Source of the DNA: an uncultured Candidatus Saccharibacteria bacterium
GTDB taxonomy: Bacteria > Patescibacteriota > Doudnabacteria > UBA920 > 2-01-FULL-46-14
NCBI GenBank assembly: GCA_964565195.1
Contig: CAZMCQ010000004.1
Location: 64,133-128,132, forward strand
Length of the DNA: 64,000 nt
Reading direction: 5' to 3'
A program made the position numbers and the translations under genes. Of this stretch, positions 9,838 to 20,523 are shown in pieces; position 1 is the first letter of the stretch; each line of letters opens with the position of its first letter. Below the pieces are notes generated by a model. It saw nothing but the letters and a program-made list of their open reading frames with translations, was not told the origin of the DNA and did not search any database.

Positions 9838-9920
9838 TGTCCTTCGGGACATGATCCGCCGAATCGGCGGATATCGCCGAAGATTCGACTGTATAGCCAG
9901 CGGATCTTGCTGGTTTTTTG
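9838..9920 (+). promoter_or_regulatory. structured rplC leader, putative attenuator
   Basis: UUCG hairpin plus mutually exclusive stems ending in a terminator-like stem + U tract. Confidence 0.5.
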
Positions 9921-9926
9921 TTCAAA

Positions 9927-10544
9927 ATGGCGTTTATATTAGCCAAAAAAGTGAATATGACCCAGGTTTTTACAGACAAAGGAAAAGTCGTTCCCGTGAC
10001 TGTTTTGGCGGCCGGATCAATCAAGGTAAGCGCGGTGAAGACGGCCGAGAAAGACGGCTATAGCGCTGTGCAGGTGAGCTTTGGGAAGAAAAAGCGCGAG
10101 TTTCGCGTGGCTGGCGAGTTTCAGGCCGGGCAGGAGATAAAAGTCTCGGAATTCGCCCCTGGCGAGGTCATTAAAATTTCCGGAGTTTCCAAAGGCCGCG
10201 GCTTTGCGGGCGCGGTGAAGCGGCACGGCTTTCATGGCGCGCCGGCCTCGCACGGACACGATCACCCGCGCGCCGTGGGTTCCATTGGGCACCGCTTCCC
10301 GCAGCACGTGCGGCCCGGCAAGCGCATGGCCGGGCACATGGGCGGGACAGCAGCGACGGTAAAAAATTCCATGATCGTGGCTGTTGATCCGGAGCGCAAC
10401 TTGCTGTTCGTCAAAGGCGGCGTGCCGGGCGCGCCCAACTCGCTGGTCAAGGTGATCACAACCGGGCAGAAAAAAGCTTCGGCCAAGCTGGCAGACTTTG
10501 GCCAAAGCGATGCAAAAAAGGAAAAAACAGATGTCCCAAGTTAA
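9927..10544 (+). CDS. rplC: 50S ribosomal protein uL3
   Basis: PVTVL, DGYSAVQ, SKGRGFAGAVKRH, RMAGHMG. Confidence 0.97.
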   Translation: MAFILAKKVNMTQVFTDKGKVVPVTVLAAGSIKVSAVKTAEKDGYSAVQVSFGKKKREFRVAGEFQAGQEIKVSEFAPGEVIKISGVSKGRGFAGAVKRHGFHGAPASHGHDHPRAVGSIGHRFPQHVRPGKRMAGHMGGTAATVKNSMIVAVDPERNLLFVKGGVPGAPNSLVKVITTGQKKASAKLADFGQSDAKKEKTDVPS

Positions 10545-11193
10545 ACTTTATAATTCGGCAGGTGAAGCTATGTCTGAGATAGAGTTAAATCCAAAAATTT
10601 TTGCCGTTGAAAAAGTAAAACCCGAAGTCATTCATCAAGTTGTAGTTGCTAAATTGGCCAACAGGCGCCGCCCGATCGCCTCGACCAAGACGCGCGGGCA
10701 GGTGCGCGGCGGCGGCAAGAAGCCCTGGAAGCAAAAGGGCACGGGCAACGCGCGGGCCGGCTCCATCCGCTCGCCGCTCTGGCGCGGCGGCGGCATTACC
10801 TTTGGCCCGACGAGCGCGCGAAATTTTTCCAAGAAGCTTAACAAAGCCATGATCAAGAGCGCGCTTTTGGCCGCACTCACTGATAAAGCGCAGGGCAACA
10901 AAATTTTTGTCATGGAAGGCCTGGCTCTGCCGAGCGGCAAGACAAAAGAGCTGGCCAGTAAATTGGCCGATCTAGCCAGGAAATTTTCGAGCCCCGGCCG
11001 TACTTTGATCGTCACCGGCCAGCGCGACGAGAAGCTGGAACTCGCCTCGCGAAACCTGCCGGATGCCAAAGTTTGCCTGGCCAGCGGTTTGGATATTTTG
11101 GATATCGTGAACGCCGCCAAGGTTGTTATGACCAAAGACGCGCTACCGGTTTTGGAAAAGGCATACTTAAGAACGCAAGAACCGAAGAACTAA
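10531..11193 (+). CDS. rplD: 50S ribosomal protein uL4
   Basis: TKTRGQVRGGGKKPWKQKGTGNARAGS. Confidence 0.97.
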   Translation: MSQVKLYNSAGEAMSEIELNPKIFAVEKVKPEVIHQVVVAKLANRRRPIASTKTRGQVRGGGKKPWKQKGTGNARAGSIRSPLWRGGGITFGPTSARNFSKKLNKAMIKSALLAALTDKAQGNKIFVMEGLALPSGKTKELASKLADLARKFSSPGRTLIVTGQRDEKLELASRNLPDAKVCLASGLDILDIVNAAKVVMTKDALPVLEKAYLRTQEPKN

Positions 11194-11198
11194 AGAAC
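11169..11198 (+). repeat. 4 x AAGAAC at 8-nt period (rplD 3' end)
   Basis: AAGAAC at 11169, 11177, 11185, 11193. Confidence 0.75.
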
Positions 11199-11600
11199 AT
11201 GGGAATTTTTGGTAAGAAAACTAAGCCAGAAGAAACGAAGACAGCGGAAGAGATTAAGCCAGAGGTGAGTCGGTCCGCCTCCGCTTCCACCAAGGCGGAC
11301 AAGAAAGCCAGGACGGGTAAACAGGTTTTGGTGCGGCCGCTTTTGTCGGAAAAAGCCACGCGTCTGGCCGCAGCCGGCCAGTATGTCTTTGCGGTGATGC
11401 GCGGCTCGAACAAACCCGAGATCAAAAAAGACATTGAGCGGCTTTATAGCGTGCATGTGGAAAGTGTCAACATCGTTAACATGCCCGGAAAGAAGCGGCG
11501 TTATGGCAAAAGCCAAGGCAAAACTTCCGAGTGGCGGAAGGCCGTGATCAAAGTCCGCGCGGGCGAGAAGATCCCGGGCATCCTGGAATCGGTTGGATAA
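11199..11600 (+). CDS. rplW: 50S ribosomal protein uL23 with N-terminal extension
   Basis: RPLLSEKA, NKPEIKK, WRKAVIK. Confidence 0.95.
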   Translation: MGIFGKKTKPEETKTAEEIKPEVSRSASASTKADKKARTGKQVLVRPLLSEKATRLAAAGQYVFAVMRGSNKPEIKKDIERLYSVHVESVNIVNMPGKKRRYGKSQGKTSEWRKAVIKVRAGEKIPGILESVG

Positions 11601-11603
11601 AAT

Positions 11604-12440
11604 ATGCCTATAAAAGTTTACAAACCTACAACGAGTGGACGGCGGAAAATGTCGGTGGTGGATTATGCCGGCGTGGCCCGTAAGCCCAAAGGCCCGCGGG
11701 CGCTGTTTTTGCGTAAGGCCAAGAGCGGCGGCCGTAATGTGCATGGCCGCATCACGGTCCGGCACATTGGCGGCGGAGCCAGGAAAAAACTCCGCCTTAT
11801 TGATAGCAAGCGCGAAAAATATGACATTCCCGCGCGCGTGGAATCTATTGAGTATGACCCAAATCGCACGGCGTTTCTGGCGCTACTTTCCTACCGTGAC
11901 GGCGAGAAGCGCTACATTTTGGCGCCGCAAGGCATAGCTGTGGGACAGACCGTTGTCAGTTCGCGGGGCAAAACGGAGATTGCGGCCGGCAACCGCATGC
12001 CCCTGCAGTATCTCCCGGCAGGGACCCTGGTGCACGACATTGAACTTGCCCCGGGCAGAGGTGGCCAGATTGTCAAAAGCGCCGGCGCCGCGGCGAGCGT
12101 TATGGCCGCTGATGGAGACTTTGCGATTTTGAATCTGTCCTCTTGCGAGTTGCGGCGCGTTTTTACAAAAAGTATGGCGACCGTCGGTCAGATTTCCAAC
12201 GTGGATCACTGGAGTGAGCGCATCGGCAAGGCCGGCCGGATGCGTCTTCGGGGCGTTCGTCCGACCGTGCGCGGCAAGGTGATGAACCCCGTGGATCACC
12301 CGCACGGCGGTGGCGAAGGCCGGAACCCGATTGGTTTGAAATACCCGAAAACGCCGTGGGGCAAGCACGCGCTCGGCGTTAAAACGCGCCGCAAGCACAA
12401 AGCGTCCGATAAATTTATTATGCAGAGAAGGAAGAAATAA
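11604..12440 (+). CDS. rplB: 50S ribosomal protein uL2
   Basis: [22 protein letters not shown]. Confidence 0.98.
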   Translation: MPIKVYKPTTSGRRKMSVVDYAGVARKPKGPRALFLRKAKSGGRNVHGRITVRHIGGGARKKLRLIDSKREKYDIPARVESIEYDPNRTAFLALLSYRDGEKRYILAPQGIAVGQTVVSSRGKTEIAAGNRMPLQYLPAGTLVHDIELAPGRGGQIVKSAGAAASVMAADGDFAILNLSSCELRRVFTKSMATVGQISNVDHWSERIGKAGRMRLRGVRPTVRGKVMNPVDHPHGGGEGRNPIGLKYPKTPWGKHALGVKTRRKHKASDKFIMQRRKK

Positions 12441-12441
12441 T

Positions 12442-12786
12442 ATGGGAAGATCGCTCAAAAAAGGTCCGTTCATTGACGCGAACCTGCTCAAAAAATTGCA
12501 AAACCGCAAGGCCGGCGCGAAGGATGTCATCAAGACGTGGTCGCGCGACTCGAGCATCACGCCGGAAATGGTCGGCGTGACCTTCGGCGTGCATAACGGC
12601 AAGAATTTTGCGGAAGTGTTTGTGACCGAGGATATGGTGGGCCACAAGCTTGGCGAGTTCTCCTTGACGCGGAAATTCACCCGCCACGGCGGCCGCATGG
12701 CCCGTGAGGAAGCCGCAGCTGCGGCCGAGGTGGAAAAGGCCAAGACCGCCGCGGCGCAAGTCGCCGGTACGGAAGGAAAGAAATAA
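12442..12786 (+). CDS. rpsS: 30S ribosomal protein uS19
   Basis: [22 protein letters not shown]. Confidence 0.98.
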   Translation: MGRSLKKGPFIDANLLKKLQNRKAGAKDVIKTWSRDSSITPEMVGVTFGVHNGKNFAEVFVTEDMVGHKLGEFSLTRKFTRHGGRMAREEAAAAAEVEKAKTAAAQVAGTEGKK

Positions 12787-12787
12787 T

Positions 12788-13354
12788 ATGGCAGACGAGA
12801 AGCAAAAAGAAATCGCCGAGGTCAGGGCCTCCGCCCGGCGGGTGCATATCTCTCCGCGGAAAGCGCGTCTGGTCGCGAACCTGCTCAAAACATTGCCGGT
12901 GGAGCAGGCGCTTTTGGAGCTGCAGTTCCGCGCCTCCCGGGCGACAGTGCCGATCCGGAAACTGGTGACTGCGGCGATTGCCAACGCCGCGCATAATTTT
13001 CAGATTGAGGCCGACCGGCTGTACGTCAAAAATATTACGGTGGACGGCGCCGAAGTCATGATGCGGTATAAACCGGGCGCGCAGGGCCGTGCGGTTGCGG
13101 TGCGGAAACGCCCGAGCCAGACCAACCTGATTGTGGGCGTGCGACCGGGCCTGCCCCAAAAAAAGGCAGCTCCGACCAAAGTCGAAGCAGAGGCAGAGGT
13201 CGGGAAAGAGACCAAGCCCGCGGTAGAGGTAAAGGCAGCGGTGTCAAAGCCAGAACAACCAAAGAGGAGATGGGGCTTCCTGCGCCGCAGACCTCGGCAG
13301 GAATTTACCAAAGGGAAAAAATACACGGGCTTTGACCGCCGCTCGGGGAGTTAG
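12788..13354 (+). CDS. rplV: 50S ribosomal protein uL22 with C-terminal extension
   Basis: ISPRKARLVA, AAIANAAHN, AQGRA. Confidence 0.95.
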   Translation: MADEKQKEIAEVRASARRVHISPRKARLVANLLKTLPVEQALLELQFRASRATVPIRKLVTAAIANAAHNFQIEADRLYVKNITVDGAEVMMRYKPGAQGRAVAVRKRPSQTNLIVGVRPGLPQKKAAPTKVEAEAEVGKETKPAVEVKAAVSKPEQPKRRWGFLRRRPRQEFTKGKKYTGFDRRSGS

Positions 13355-13400
13355 AGTACGAACCACGAACATGTACGAATCTACGAATACGAATAACATG

Positions 13401-13551
13401 ATATATTGCAAAGAAACTATTAAGTTCGCAAAAATTGGAGCGGAGCTCGAAGAGCGAGCACGATTTTTGCGAAGAAGGAGTAATCAGTGTGACGGAGCGG
13501 CCCGGATCCGCCTGGGGCGGAGAGGGGACGCGAAGACACACCAATTACGAC
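13401..13551 (+). repeat. double-hairpin palindromic insertion at rpsC start
   Basis: TTCGCAAAAAT/ATTTTTGCGAA and GTAATcaGTGTG/CACACcaATTAC stems; nested GGATCCGCC..GGCGG. Confidence 0.65.
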
Positions 13552-14226
13552 GTGGGGCATAAAGTTGATCCAAGAAGTTTGAGACTCAAGATTACCGACA
13601 CGTGGAAGTCGCGGTGGTTTGCCCGCGGCCGGAAATTTTCTCAAGGCCTGCGGGAAGACAGCGTTATCCGCGACCTGGTTTGGCAGAAGTATCGAAAAGC
13701 CGGGGTGATCCGGATTGACATCGAACGCACGGGCCAGGAGATCAATGTCATCATCCATTCCACTCGTCCGGGAATGATTATCGGCAAAGGCGGCGGCGGC
13801 GTGGAGGAGCTGAAAAAGGAATTGAAAGCCAGACTTCGCCTGAAGACTGACCTCAAGATCACGATAGAAGAATCGCGTCAGGTCAATCTTGAGGCGCAGG
13901 TTTGGGCGCAGACCCTGGCCGAGCAGATGGAAAAACGGGCGAGCTTTCGCCGCGCGATCAAAACCGCGCTGGAGCAGATTATGGATGCCGGCGCGCTCGG
14001 GGCGAAGATTGCGATCTCGGGGCGCCTGGGCGGGGCGGAAATTGCTCGCACCGAGTGGCTCTACCGCGGCAAACTGCCGTTGCACACGCTGCGGGCGAAC
14101 ATTGATTTTGCCCGCGCGACGGCCTATACGACTTATGGCACCATCGGCGTAAAAGTTTGGATCAATAAAGGCGAGGTATTCGGAAAAACGGAAGAACCAA
14201 AGAACTTAAGAACGAAAGAACGCTGA
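13552..14226 (+). CDS. rpsC: 30S ribosomal protein uS3
   Basis: [39 protein letters not shown]. Confidence 0.95.
   Translation: MGHKVDPRSLRLKITDTWKSRWFARGRKFSQGLREDSVIRDLVWQKYRKAGVIRIDIERTGQEINVIIHSTRPGMIIGKGGGGVEELKKELKARLRLKTDLKITIEESRQVNLEAQVWAQTLAEQMEKRASFRRAIKTALEQIMDAGALGAKIAISGRLGGAEIARTEWLYRGKLPLHTLRANIDFARATAYTTYGTIGVKVWINKGEVFGKTEEPKNLRTKER
14192..14221 (+). repeat. 4 x AAGAAC at 8-nt period (rpsC 3' end)
   Basis: AAGAAC at 14192, 14200, 14208, 14216. Confidence 0.75.
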
Positions 14227-14231
14227 TTTTT

Positions 14232-14648
14232 ATGTTGATTCCAAAAAAGCTCAAGCACAAAAAGCACCATCGCGGCAAAGGCGGGGGCAAGGCCACGGCC
14301 GGTAATTATTTGAGTTTTGGCAACTTTGGCCTGCGCGCGCTATCCAATGGCTGGGTGACCAGCCGTCAGATTGAGGCCGCGCGGCGGGCCATGACGCGCT
14401 ACGTCCAGCGCGGCGGCAAAATCTGGATCCGGGTGTTTCCGGACAAACCAGTAACAGCCAAAGGCAACGAAATTCCGATGGGCGGCGGCAAAGGATCGGT
14501 GGATCATTTTGTGGCCGTGGTCAGAAAAGGCCGGATGCTTTTTGAGATGGATGGCGTGGCTCCCGATCAGGCGCGCGAGGCGATGCGTCTGGCTTCCCGC
14601 AAACTCCCGGTCAAAACCCGTTTTGAGGAGCGGGAGCAACAGCTATGA
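14232..14648 (+). CDS. rplP: 50S ribosomal protein uL16
   Basis: [23 protein letters not shown]. Confidence 0.98.
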   Translation: MLIPKKLKHKKHHRGKGGGKATAGNYLSFGNFGLRALSNGWVTSRQIEAARRAMTRYVQRGGKIWIRVFPDKPVTAKGNEIPMGGGKGSVDHFVAVVRKGRMLFEMDGVAPDQAREAMRLASRKLPVKTRFEEREQQL

Positions 14649-14839
14649 AATCTTCGGAAATCCGGAAAAAATCCAAGGCGGATTTGGAGAGGCAGCTTTT
14701 GGACCTGCGCGAGCAAGCTCGTGATTTGCGTTTCAAAATCGGCAGTCGCGAGATAAAGAACCATCAACTTCTGCGGAAGACCAGAAAGGACATCGCCCGC
14801 ATTTTGACAATTCTTAAGGAAGGGGAGAAACAGTCATGA
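14645..14839 (+). CDS. rpmC: 50S ribosomal protein uL29
   Basis: LRF...RKDIARILT; position. Confidence 0.95.
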   Translation: MKSSEIRKKSKADLERQLLDLREQARDLRFKIGSREIKNHQLLRKTRKDIARILTILKEGEKQS

Positions 14840-15066
14840 TGGCAAGCAGAAAAACTTTGTCCGGCATCGTGATTCGGATGAGTAGAAACAAGACGGCCGT
14901 TGTCAAGGTGAATTTGGAGAAACGTCATCCGCAATATCACAAAAAATATACCGTGGCGAAAAAATACAAGGTTCATGATGAAAATAACACCGCCCAGGTC
15001 GGGGACAAGGTCAGGATTGAGGAAACCCGTCCGCGCTCGCGAGAAAAACACTGGAGAATTGTATGA
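14836..15066 (+). CDS. rpsQ: 30S ribosomal protein uS17
   Basis: [22 protein letters not shown]. Confidence 0.96.
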   Translation: MMASRKTLSGIVIRMSRNKTAVVKVNLEKRHPQYHKKYTVAKKYKVHDENNTAQVGDKVRIEETRPRSREKHWRIV

Positions 15067-15434
15067 TTCATCTACGCACCCGCTTAAAAGTCGCTGACAA
15101 TACTGGCGCGAAAGAGATCGCCGTGTTTTCGGTGTCCGGCAAAAACCGTCGCAGACACGTCCGGCTTGGCGATATCGTGGCCGCTTCGGTGAAGACGGCT
15201 GCTCCGACTGGCCAGGTGAAGAAGGGCGACAAGATTTATGCGGTGATCGTTCGGACGCGCAAAGAAACCCGGCGGCCGGACGGTTCCTATATCCGTTTTG
15301 ACGAGAACGCCGCGGTGTTGATTAACAAAGAGACCGGGGAGCCCCGGGGTACGCGCATTTTCGGACCCATTCCGAGGGAACTGCGCGACCGCGGGTTTCC
15401 TAAGATTATTAGTCTTGCGCCGGAGGTTATCTAG
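15063..15434 (+). CDS. rplN: 50S ribosomal protein uL14
   Basis: [30 protein letters not shown]. Confidence 0.98.
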   Translation: MIHLRTRLKVADNTGAKEIAVFSVSGKNRRRHVRLGDIVAASVKTAAPTGQVKKGDKIYAVIVRTRKETRRPDGSYIRFDENAAVLINKETGEPRGTRIFGPIPRELRDRGFPKIISLAPEVI

Positions 15435-15435
15435 C

Positions 15436-15747
15436 ATGCATATTCGCAAAGGTGATACAGTAAAAATTTTAACAGGACGCGATCGCGGGCAAACCGGCAA
15501 GGTTTTGGCTGTGGATCCAGGTACTGGCCGCGCGACGGTGGAGGGCCGCAATCTTTTTTTCCGCCACGAGCGGCCGAAAAAACAGGGCCAGAAGGGACAG
15601 CGCGTGCAGCTGCCGGGGAGAATCTCGCTTGGCAAGCTTATGCTCGTCTGTCCCCATTGTAAAAAGGCCGCGCGCGTGGGTCGCGTCACTGATGATAAAG
15701 GGATAAAAACCCGCATTTGTAAAAATTGTGGAAAAAGCATTGCGTAA
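15436..15747 (+). CDS. rplX: 50S ribosomal protein uL24
   Basis: IRKGDTVKILTGRDRG KOW motif; CxxC...CxxC. Confidence 0.96.
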   Translation: MHIRKGDTVKILTGRDRGQTGKVLAVDPGTGRATVEGRNLFFRHERPKKQGQKGQRVQLPGRISLGKLMLVCPHCKKAARVGRVTDDKGIKTRICKNCGKSIA

Positions 15748-15751
15748 ATAT

Positions 15752-16294
15752 ATGGCAAGACTTTTGGAACAATACAAGACGAAGATTAGGCCCGCGCTTC
15801 AGGCCGAGCTCAAGGTAGAAAATATGTTGGCCGTGCCGCGCGTTGAAAAGATCGTCGTGAACGCAGGTATTGGCCGGATTTTGCAAACTTCGCCCAAGGC
15901 CCTCGACACGCTCACCGCGAGTTTCGGCAAGATCACCGGACAAAAACCGGTTGCTCGCAAAGCGGCAAAAGCAATCTCCGCTTTCAAGATAAGGCAGGGG
16001 CAGATCGTCGGCCTGTCCGTGACGCTGCGCGGGAAGCGAATGTATGATTTTTTGGATAAACTTATCAATGTGGCGCTGCCCCGGACCCGCGACTTCCGCG
16101 GCGTGTCGAAGCAAGGTTTTGACGGCCACGGCAACTATTCCCTGGGCCTCAAGGAGCATCTCGTTTTTCCGGAAATGGCGCAGGAAGAATCGGAAGTGAG
16201 CTTCGGACTCCAGGTGAACATCATCACGACGGCAAAAGATGATAATTCTGGATATATCTTATTGAAGAAACTTGGTTTTCCTTTTAAGGACTAG
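15752..16294 (+). CDS. rplE: 50S ribosomal protein uL5
   Basis: [20 protein letters not shown]. Confidence 0.98.
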   Translation: MARLLEQYKTKIRPALQAELKVENMLAVPRVEKIVVNAGIGRILQTSPKALDTLTASFGKITGQKPVARKAAKAISAFKIRQGQIVGLSVTLRGKRMYDFLDKLINVALPRTRDFRGVSKQGFDGHGNYSLGLKEHLVFPEMAQEESEVSFGLQVNIITTAKDDNSGYILLKKLGFPFKD

Positions 16295-16295
16295 T

Positions 16296-16481
16296 ATGGC
16301 CAAGAAGAGTCAGATCGCAAAATCTGCCCGAAAACCGAAATACTCGACGCGCGTGGTGCGGCGCTGCTTCCGCTGCGGTCGGAAGCGCGGCTATATGAGG
16401 GATTTTGACCTTTGTCGCATCTGCTTCCGCGAGCTCGCCTCGCGCGGCGAGATCCCGGGAGTAATTAAGGCCAGCTGGTAA
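16296..16481 (+). CDS. rpsN: 30S ribosomal protein uS14 (Zn-binding type)
   Basis: RCFRCGR...[17 protein letters not shown]. Confidence 0.97.
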   Translation: MAKKSQIAKSARKPKYSTRVVRRCFRCGRKRGYMRDFDLCRICFRELASRGEIPGVIKASW

Positions 16482-16488
16482 TTTGCAT

Positions 16489-16887
16489 ATGCCAATGACT
16501 GATCCAATTTCTGACATGTTAACGCGAATTCGCAACGGACTTCAGGCCAAAAAGCCGGAAGTGGTTTTGCCATATTCGCGTCTGAAGGCGAACCTCGCCA
16601 GACTTTTTGCCGAGCAGGGCTGGCTTCTGCAGGTGGAAGAGGCCGAAAGTGATGACGGGAAATTGTTGCGCCTGGTTTTGAAATATGATGCGGGCGGCGC
16701 GCCCGCCATTTCCGGCATTGTCCGCGTGAGCCGGCCCGGGCAGCGCATCTATGCGGCCTCTACCAATATTCCGCGCGTTTCGCATGGCATTGGGGCGACG
16801 ATAGTCTCGACTTCAAAGGGACTGCTTACCGACAAGGAGGCGCGTTCACAAAAAATCGGCGGCGAAGTAATCTGTCAAGTCTGGTAG
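16489..16887 (+). CDS. rpsH: 30S ribosomal protein uS8
   Basis: DPISDMLTRIRN, SRPGQRIY, STSKG. Confidence 0.98.
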   Translation: MPMTDPISDMLTRIRNGLQAKKPEVVLPYSRLKANLARLFAEQGWLLQVEEAESDDGKLLRLVLKYDAGGAPAISGIVRVSRPGQRIYAASTNIPRVSHGIGATIVSTSKGLLTDKEARSQKIGGEVICQVW

Positions 16888-16896
16888 TGTACGAAC

Positions 16897-17445
16897 ATGA
16901 GTAAGATTGGAAAGAAACAGATCAATATACCGTTAGGCGTTGAGATTTCAGTCAACGGCCTGCTCGTGCAAATCAAGGGGCCGAAAGGGGAGCTGCAAGT
17001 TCGGCTGCATCCGAAAGTTTCCGTATCCGTCGCGGATGGCGCGGCGAGCGTGGCCGTGAAAAACCCGGAAGACAAACGGCAGAGGGCGCTTTGGGGGACA
17101 TTCCGGTCCCTGCTTTCCGGCGCGGTCGCCGGGGTTACCGAGGGCTTTACGAAGCGCCTGGCGATTCAGGGCGTCGGCTACAAGGCCGCGCTTGCCGGCG
17201 ATAAACTCACTTTGCACTTGGGCTACTCGCACCCGATCGAGCTTGTCATTCCGAAAGGACTGGCCGTGACAATTGAAAAAAATATTATTGTGATTACAGG
17301 CATTGACAAACAAATGGTCGGGCAGTTTGCCGCAGTGGTCAGAAGTCGCCGGCCGCCGGAGCCATACAAAGGGAAGGGTGTCCGCTACGAGGATGAAGTG
17401 GTGCGCCGCAAGGCCGGCAAGGTGGTTAAGGCGGTCGGCGGATAA
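16897..17445 (+). CDS. rplF: 50S ribosomal protein uL6
   Basis: [21 protein letters not shown]. Confidence 0.98.
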   Translation: MSKIGKKQINIPLGVEISVNGLLVQIKGPKGELQVRLHPKVSVSVADGAASVAVKNPEDKRQRALWGTFRSLLSGAVAGVTEGFTKRLAIQGVGYKAALAGDKLTLHLGYSHPIELVIPKGLAVTIEKNIIVITGIDKQMVGQFAAVVRSRRPPEPYKGKGVRYEDEVVRRKAGKVVKAVGG

Positions 17446-17447
17446 TT

Positions 17448-17792
17448 ATGTCTAATAAAAGAGAAAAAAGAATAATGCGACACAAGCGGGTCAGGGCGAA
17501 GCTTTCCGGCACTGCCGAGCGGCCGCGGCTGGCGGCGTTTGCGAGCGGGAAGCACATGCATTTGCAGCTCATAGACGATGTGACTGGAAAAACTCTGGCC
17601 GCCGCTTCTACTTTGGAGGTTAAAGAGAAACTTGGCAAAACGACCAAAGCTGCCGTCGCCGCAAAGCTTCTTGCCGGTAAAGCAGCCAAACTCGGCATCA
17701 AAACCGCCGTTTTTGACCGAGGCGGTTTCCTCTACCATGGCCGCATCAAGGCGGTGGCTGACGCGTTGCGTGAAGCCGGGCTTAAAGTTTAA
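17448..17792 (+). CDS. rplR: 50S ribosomal protein uL18
   Basis: [19 protein letters not shown]. Confidence 0.97.
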   Translation: MSNKREKRIMRHKRVRAKLSGTAERPRLAAFASGKHMHLQLIDDVTGKTLAAASTLEVKEKLGKTTKAAVAAKLLAGKAAKLGIKTAVFDRGGFLYHGRIKAVADALREAGLKV

Positions 17793-17808
17793 TCGTAAAG
17801 GGATTTCT

Positions 17809-18255
17809 ATGCGCGAAGTTATTAAAAAGGATTTACAAACCAAGGTCGTCGAAATTAAGCGCGTGACCCGCGTGGTGGCCGGCGGCAAGCGCATGCGGTT
17901 TCGCGCGCTCGTCGTGGCCGGCGACCGCAAGGGGCGGGTGGGCGTGGGGCTGAAGAAAGGCGCAGACGTGGCCGAGGCCGTGAACAAAGCCACCAATGAG
18001 GCGAAGAAAAACTTGATTACCGTGGCCATCAGCAATGAGACCATTCCGCACGCAGTGAAACTCAAATATAAAGCGGCGTTGATTTTGCTGAAGCCCGCCC
18101 CCTTGGGCAGCGGGATCATTGCCGGCGGGCCCGTGCGCGCGGTCATTGATCTCGCGGGCATCAAAAACATTTCCAGCAAGATGCTGGGCTCGAATAATAA
18201 GGTGAGCAATGTGCGCGCCACTTATGAAGCGCTGAAAAAACTTAAACATGCTTAA
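17809..18255 (+). CDS. rpsE: 30S ribosomal protein uS5
   Basis: [30 protein letters not shown]. Confidence 0.97.
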   Translation: MREVIKKDLQTKVVEIKRVTRVVAGGKRMRFRALVVAGDRKGRVGVGLKKGADVAEAVNKATNEAKKNLITVAISNETIPHAVKLKYKAALILLKPAPLGSGIIAGGPVRAVIDLAGIKNISSKMLGSNNKVSNVRATYEALKKLKHA

Positions 18256-18694
18256 TTTATCCAATCTCAAACCGAAAATGAAACGCCGCGGTCGCAAGCG
18301 CGTCGGGCGCGGGACCGGTTCAGGACACGGCGCATATTCCGGGCGCGGCATCAAAGGTCAGAAAGCCAGATCCGGCGGCAGCATTCGCCCGGGCTTCGAA
18401 GGCGGCCGGATGCCGATCATCCGCCAGATTCCCAAAAGCCGCGGTTTTCGCTCCATTCACCCGAAGGCGCAAGCCGTAAATCTCGTGGACATTTCCAATA
18501 AATTCAGCGAGAATGATACTGTGAATCCGCAGCGCCTGCGTGAGGCGGGCCTGATTCGCGCAGTGGCGTTGCCGATAAAAATTCTTGGGACGGAACTGAC
18601 AAAGAAACTAAACTTTCAAGGCGTGGCATTTTCCGTCAAGGCCCGCGCCGCTGTGGCTAAAGCCGGCGGTCGGATATTGGAAACCAATGTTTAA
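18248..18694 (+). CDS. rplO: 50S ribosomal protein uL15
   Basis: [27 protein letters not shown]. Confidence 0.97.
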   Translation: MLNLSNLKPKMKRRGRKRVGRGTGSGHGAYSGRGIKGQKARSGGSIRPGFEGGRMPIIRQIPKSRGFRSIHPKAQAVNLVDISNKFSENDTVNPQRLREAGLIRAVALPIKILGTELTKKLNFQGVAFSVKARAAVAKAGGRILETNV

Positions 18695-19970
18695 AAAGCT
18701 CGCGCAAATCTGGAAGCTTCGGGACCTGCGCCATAAGATTTTTATGGTGATGCTGCTTTTGGCCCTCACGCGGGTTTTTGCGGCCGTGCCGATTCCTGGG
18801 GTTAATCTGGCCTCGCTTCGCAGCCTGTTTGCGCAGAACCAGCTGTTTGGCCTGCTCGATATATTTTCCGGCGGCGGCCTTTCCAATTTTTCCATTGCCA
18901 TGCTTGGCGTCGGCCCGTATATCACCGCCTCCATCATCATGCAGCTTTTGGCGATTATCATCCCAAAGTTGGGAGAGCTGCAGAAGGAAGGGGAGCAGGG
19001 CCGCGCCAAAGTCAATCAGTACACGCGTTATCTCACGGTGCCGCTTAGTATTTTGCAGGGCTTTGGCACCATCAATCTGCTTACCCGCGGCGCCGCGACC
19101 GGGACGCGCGTCCTGGGCATTTTATCTCCGGCCGAATGGGTGATAATTTTGCTGTCCATCACAGCCGGGACCATAATTCTGATGTGGCTTGGCGAACTCA
19201 TTACCGAATACGGCATCGGCAACGGCCTTTCGCTTATCATTTTTGCGGGCATCGTGGCGCGCCTGCCTGCCTCCGCCTCGCGCGAAATCGCGATTTTTGA
19301 CCCATCGCGCCTCCCGACCATTCTCGGGTTTCTGGCCATTGGTTTGGTGGTGATCTTCGGCGTGGTCGTCATGACGGAAGCGACGCGCAACATCCCGGTT
19401 TCCTACGCCAAGCGCGTCCGCGGCAACAAACTTTACGGCGGGGTGAACACGCATCTGCCGATTCGGATCAATACCGCCGGCGTGATCCCGATTATCTTTG
19501 CCATTTCTTTTTTGTTGTTTCCCGGGATCATCGCCAATTTTCTGGTTAATGCCAAAACCGCTGTCATTGCCAACTTTGCGCAGGATGTAAATCAGCTTTT
19601 TCAGAACCAGACATTTTACGGGGTTGCTTATTTTCTGCTCGTAGTCGCGTTTACATATTTTTACACAGCCGTGATTTTCAACCCGCAGGATATTGCGGAC
19701 AATCTGCAAAAGCAGGGCGGCTTTGTGCCGGGCCTGCGGCCCGGGCAGCAGACGGCGGATTATCTCTACCGTGTTTTGAATCGCATCACCCTTGCCGGCG
19801 CAGTCTTCCTCGGCCTCATCGCGGTCCTGCCTTTTCTCATGCAGATTGTCACCAAAACCCAGGCCCTCTCCATCGGCGGCACCTCGCTTCTGATCGTGGT
19901 CGCGGTGGTCATCGAAACCGTGAAGCAGATCGACTCGCAGCTCGTGATGCGCGATTATGAAGGGTTCTAA
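18687..19970 (+). CDS. secY: preprotein translocase subunit SecY
   Basis: [38 protein letters not shown]. Confidence 0.98.
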   Translation: MFKKLAQIWKLRDLRHKIFMVMLLLALTRVFAAVPIPGVNLASLRSLFAQNQLFGLLDIFSGGGLSNFSIAMLGVGPYITASIIMQLLAIIIPKLGELQKEGEQGRAKVNQYTRYLTVPLSILQGFGTINLLTRGAATGTRVLGILSPAEWVIILLSITAGTIILMWLGELITEYGIGNGLSLIIFAGIVARLPASASREIAIFDPSRLPTILGFLAIGLVVIFGVVVMTEATRNIPVSYAKRVRGNKLYGGVNTHLPIRINTAGVIPIIFAISFLLFPGIIANFLVNAKTAVIANFAQDVNQLFQNQTFYGVAYFLLVVAFTYFYTAVIFNPQDIADNLQKQGGFVPGLRPGQQTADYLYRVLNRITLAGAVFLGLIAVLPFLMQIVTKTQALSIGGTSLLIVVAVVIETVKQIDSQLVMRDYEGF

Positions 19971-20523
19971 TAATCTCATTATTCTCGGGCCGCAGGGGTC
20001 CGGCAAAGGCACCCAAGGCGAGCTGCTTGCGGATAAATTCGGCTATGTGCTAATTGGCGCTGGAGATTCTCTTCGCGAGATTGCCAAACAGGATACCGAG
20101 CTTGGCCGGCGGGTGCACCAGACCATCAACGTTGAAGGGCGGCTGGTTGAACCCGAGCTCGTGGCCGAGGTTTTTGAAGCGCGCCTCAGCGCGCTGCCGA
20201 AGGAACAAGGCGTTATTATCGAGGGTTTTCCGCGCAGCCTCAAACAATATGAATTGCTGCATAATTTTTGGCCAAAGCTCGGCCGCGGCGATTATCAGGT
20301 AATTTTAATGGAACTTTCGGAAGAGGAAGCGGTCAAGCGGTTATTGCTCCGCAGCCGTGTCGATGACACACCCGAAATGATAAGAGAGCGTTTGGCCCTG
20401 TATAATTCGGAAACTTTGCCGGTGATCGAAGCGCTGGAAGCAGAAGGGAAAATCATTCGAGTGAACGGCGCCCCCTCGATCGAAGAGATTCACGCCGACA
20501 TCGTTAAGCAGCTAAATTTGTGA
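19957..20523 (+). CDS. adk: adenylate kinase (short, LID-less)
   Basis: GPQGSGKGTQ, EGFPR, RVDD; after secY. Confidence 0.9.
   Translation: MKGSNNLIILGPQGSGKGTQGELLADKFGYVLIGAGDSLREIAKQDTELGRRVHQTINVEGRLVEPELVAEVFEARLSALPKEQGVIIEGFPRSLKQYELLHNFWPKLGRGDYQVILMELSEEEAVKRLLLRSRVDDTPEMIRERLALYNSETLPVIEALEAEGKIIRVNGAPSIEEIHADIVKQLNL

Noticed and set aside
10473-10510. AAAGCTTCGGCC in the rplC tail as another in-frame repeat
   Set aside because: Match to the 923-950 element is too short to support
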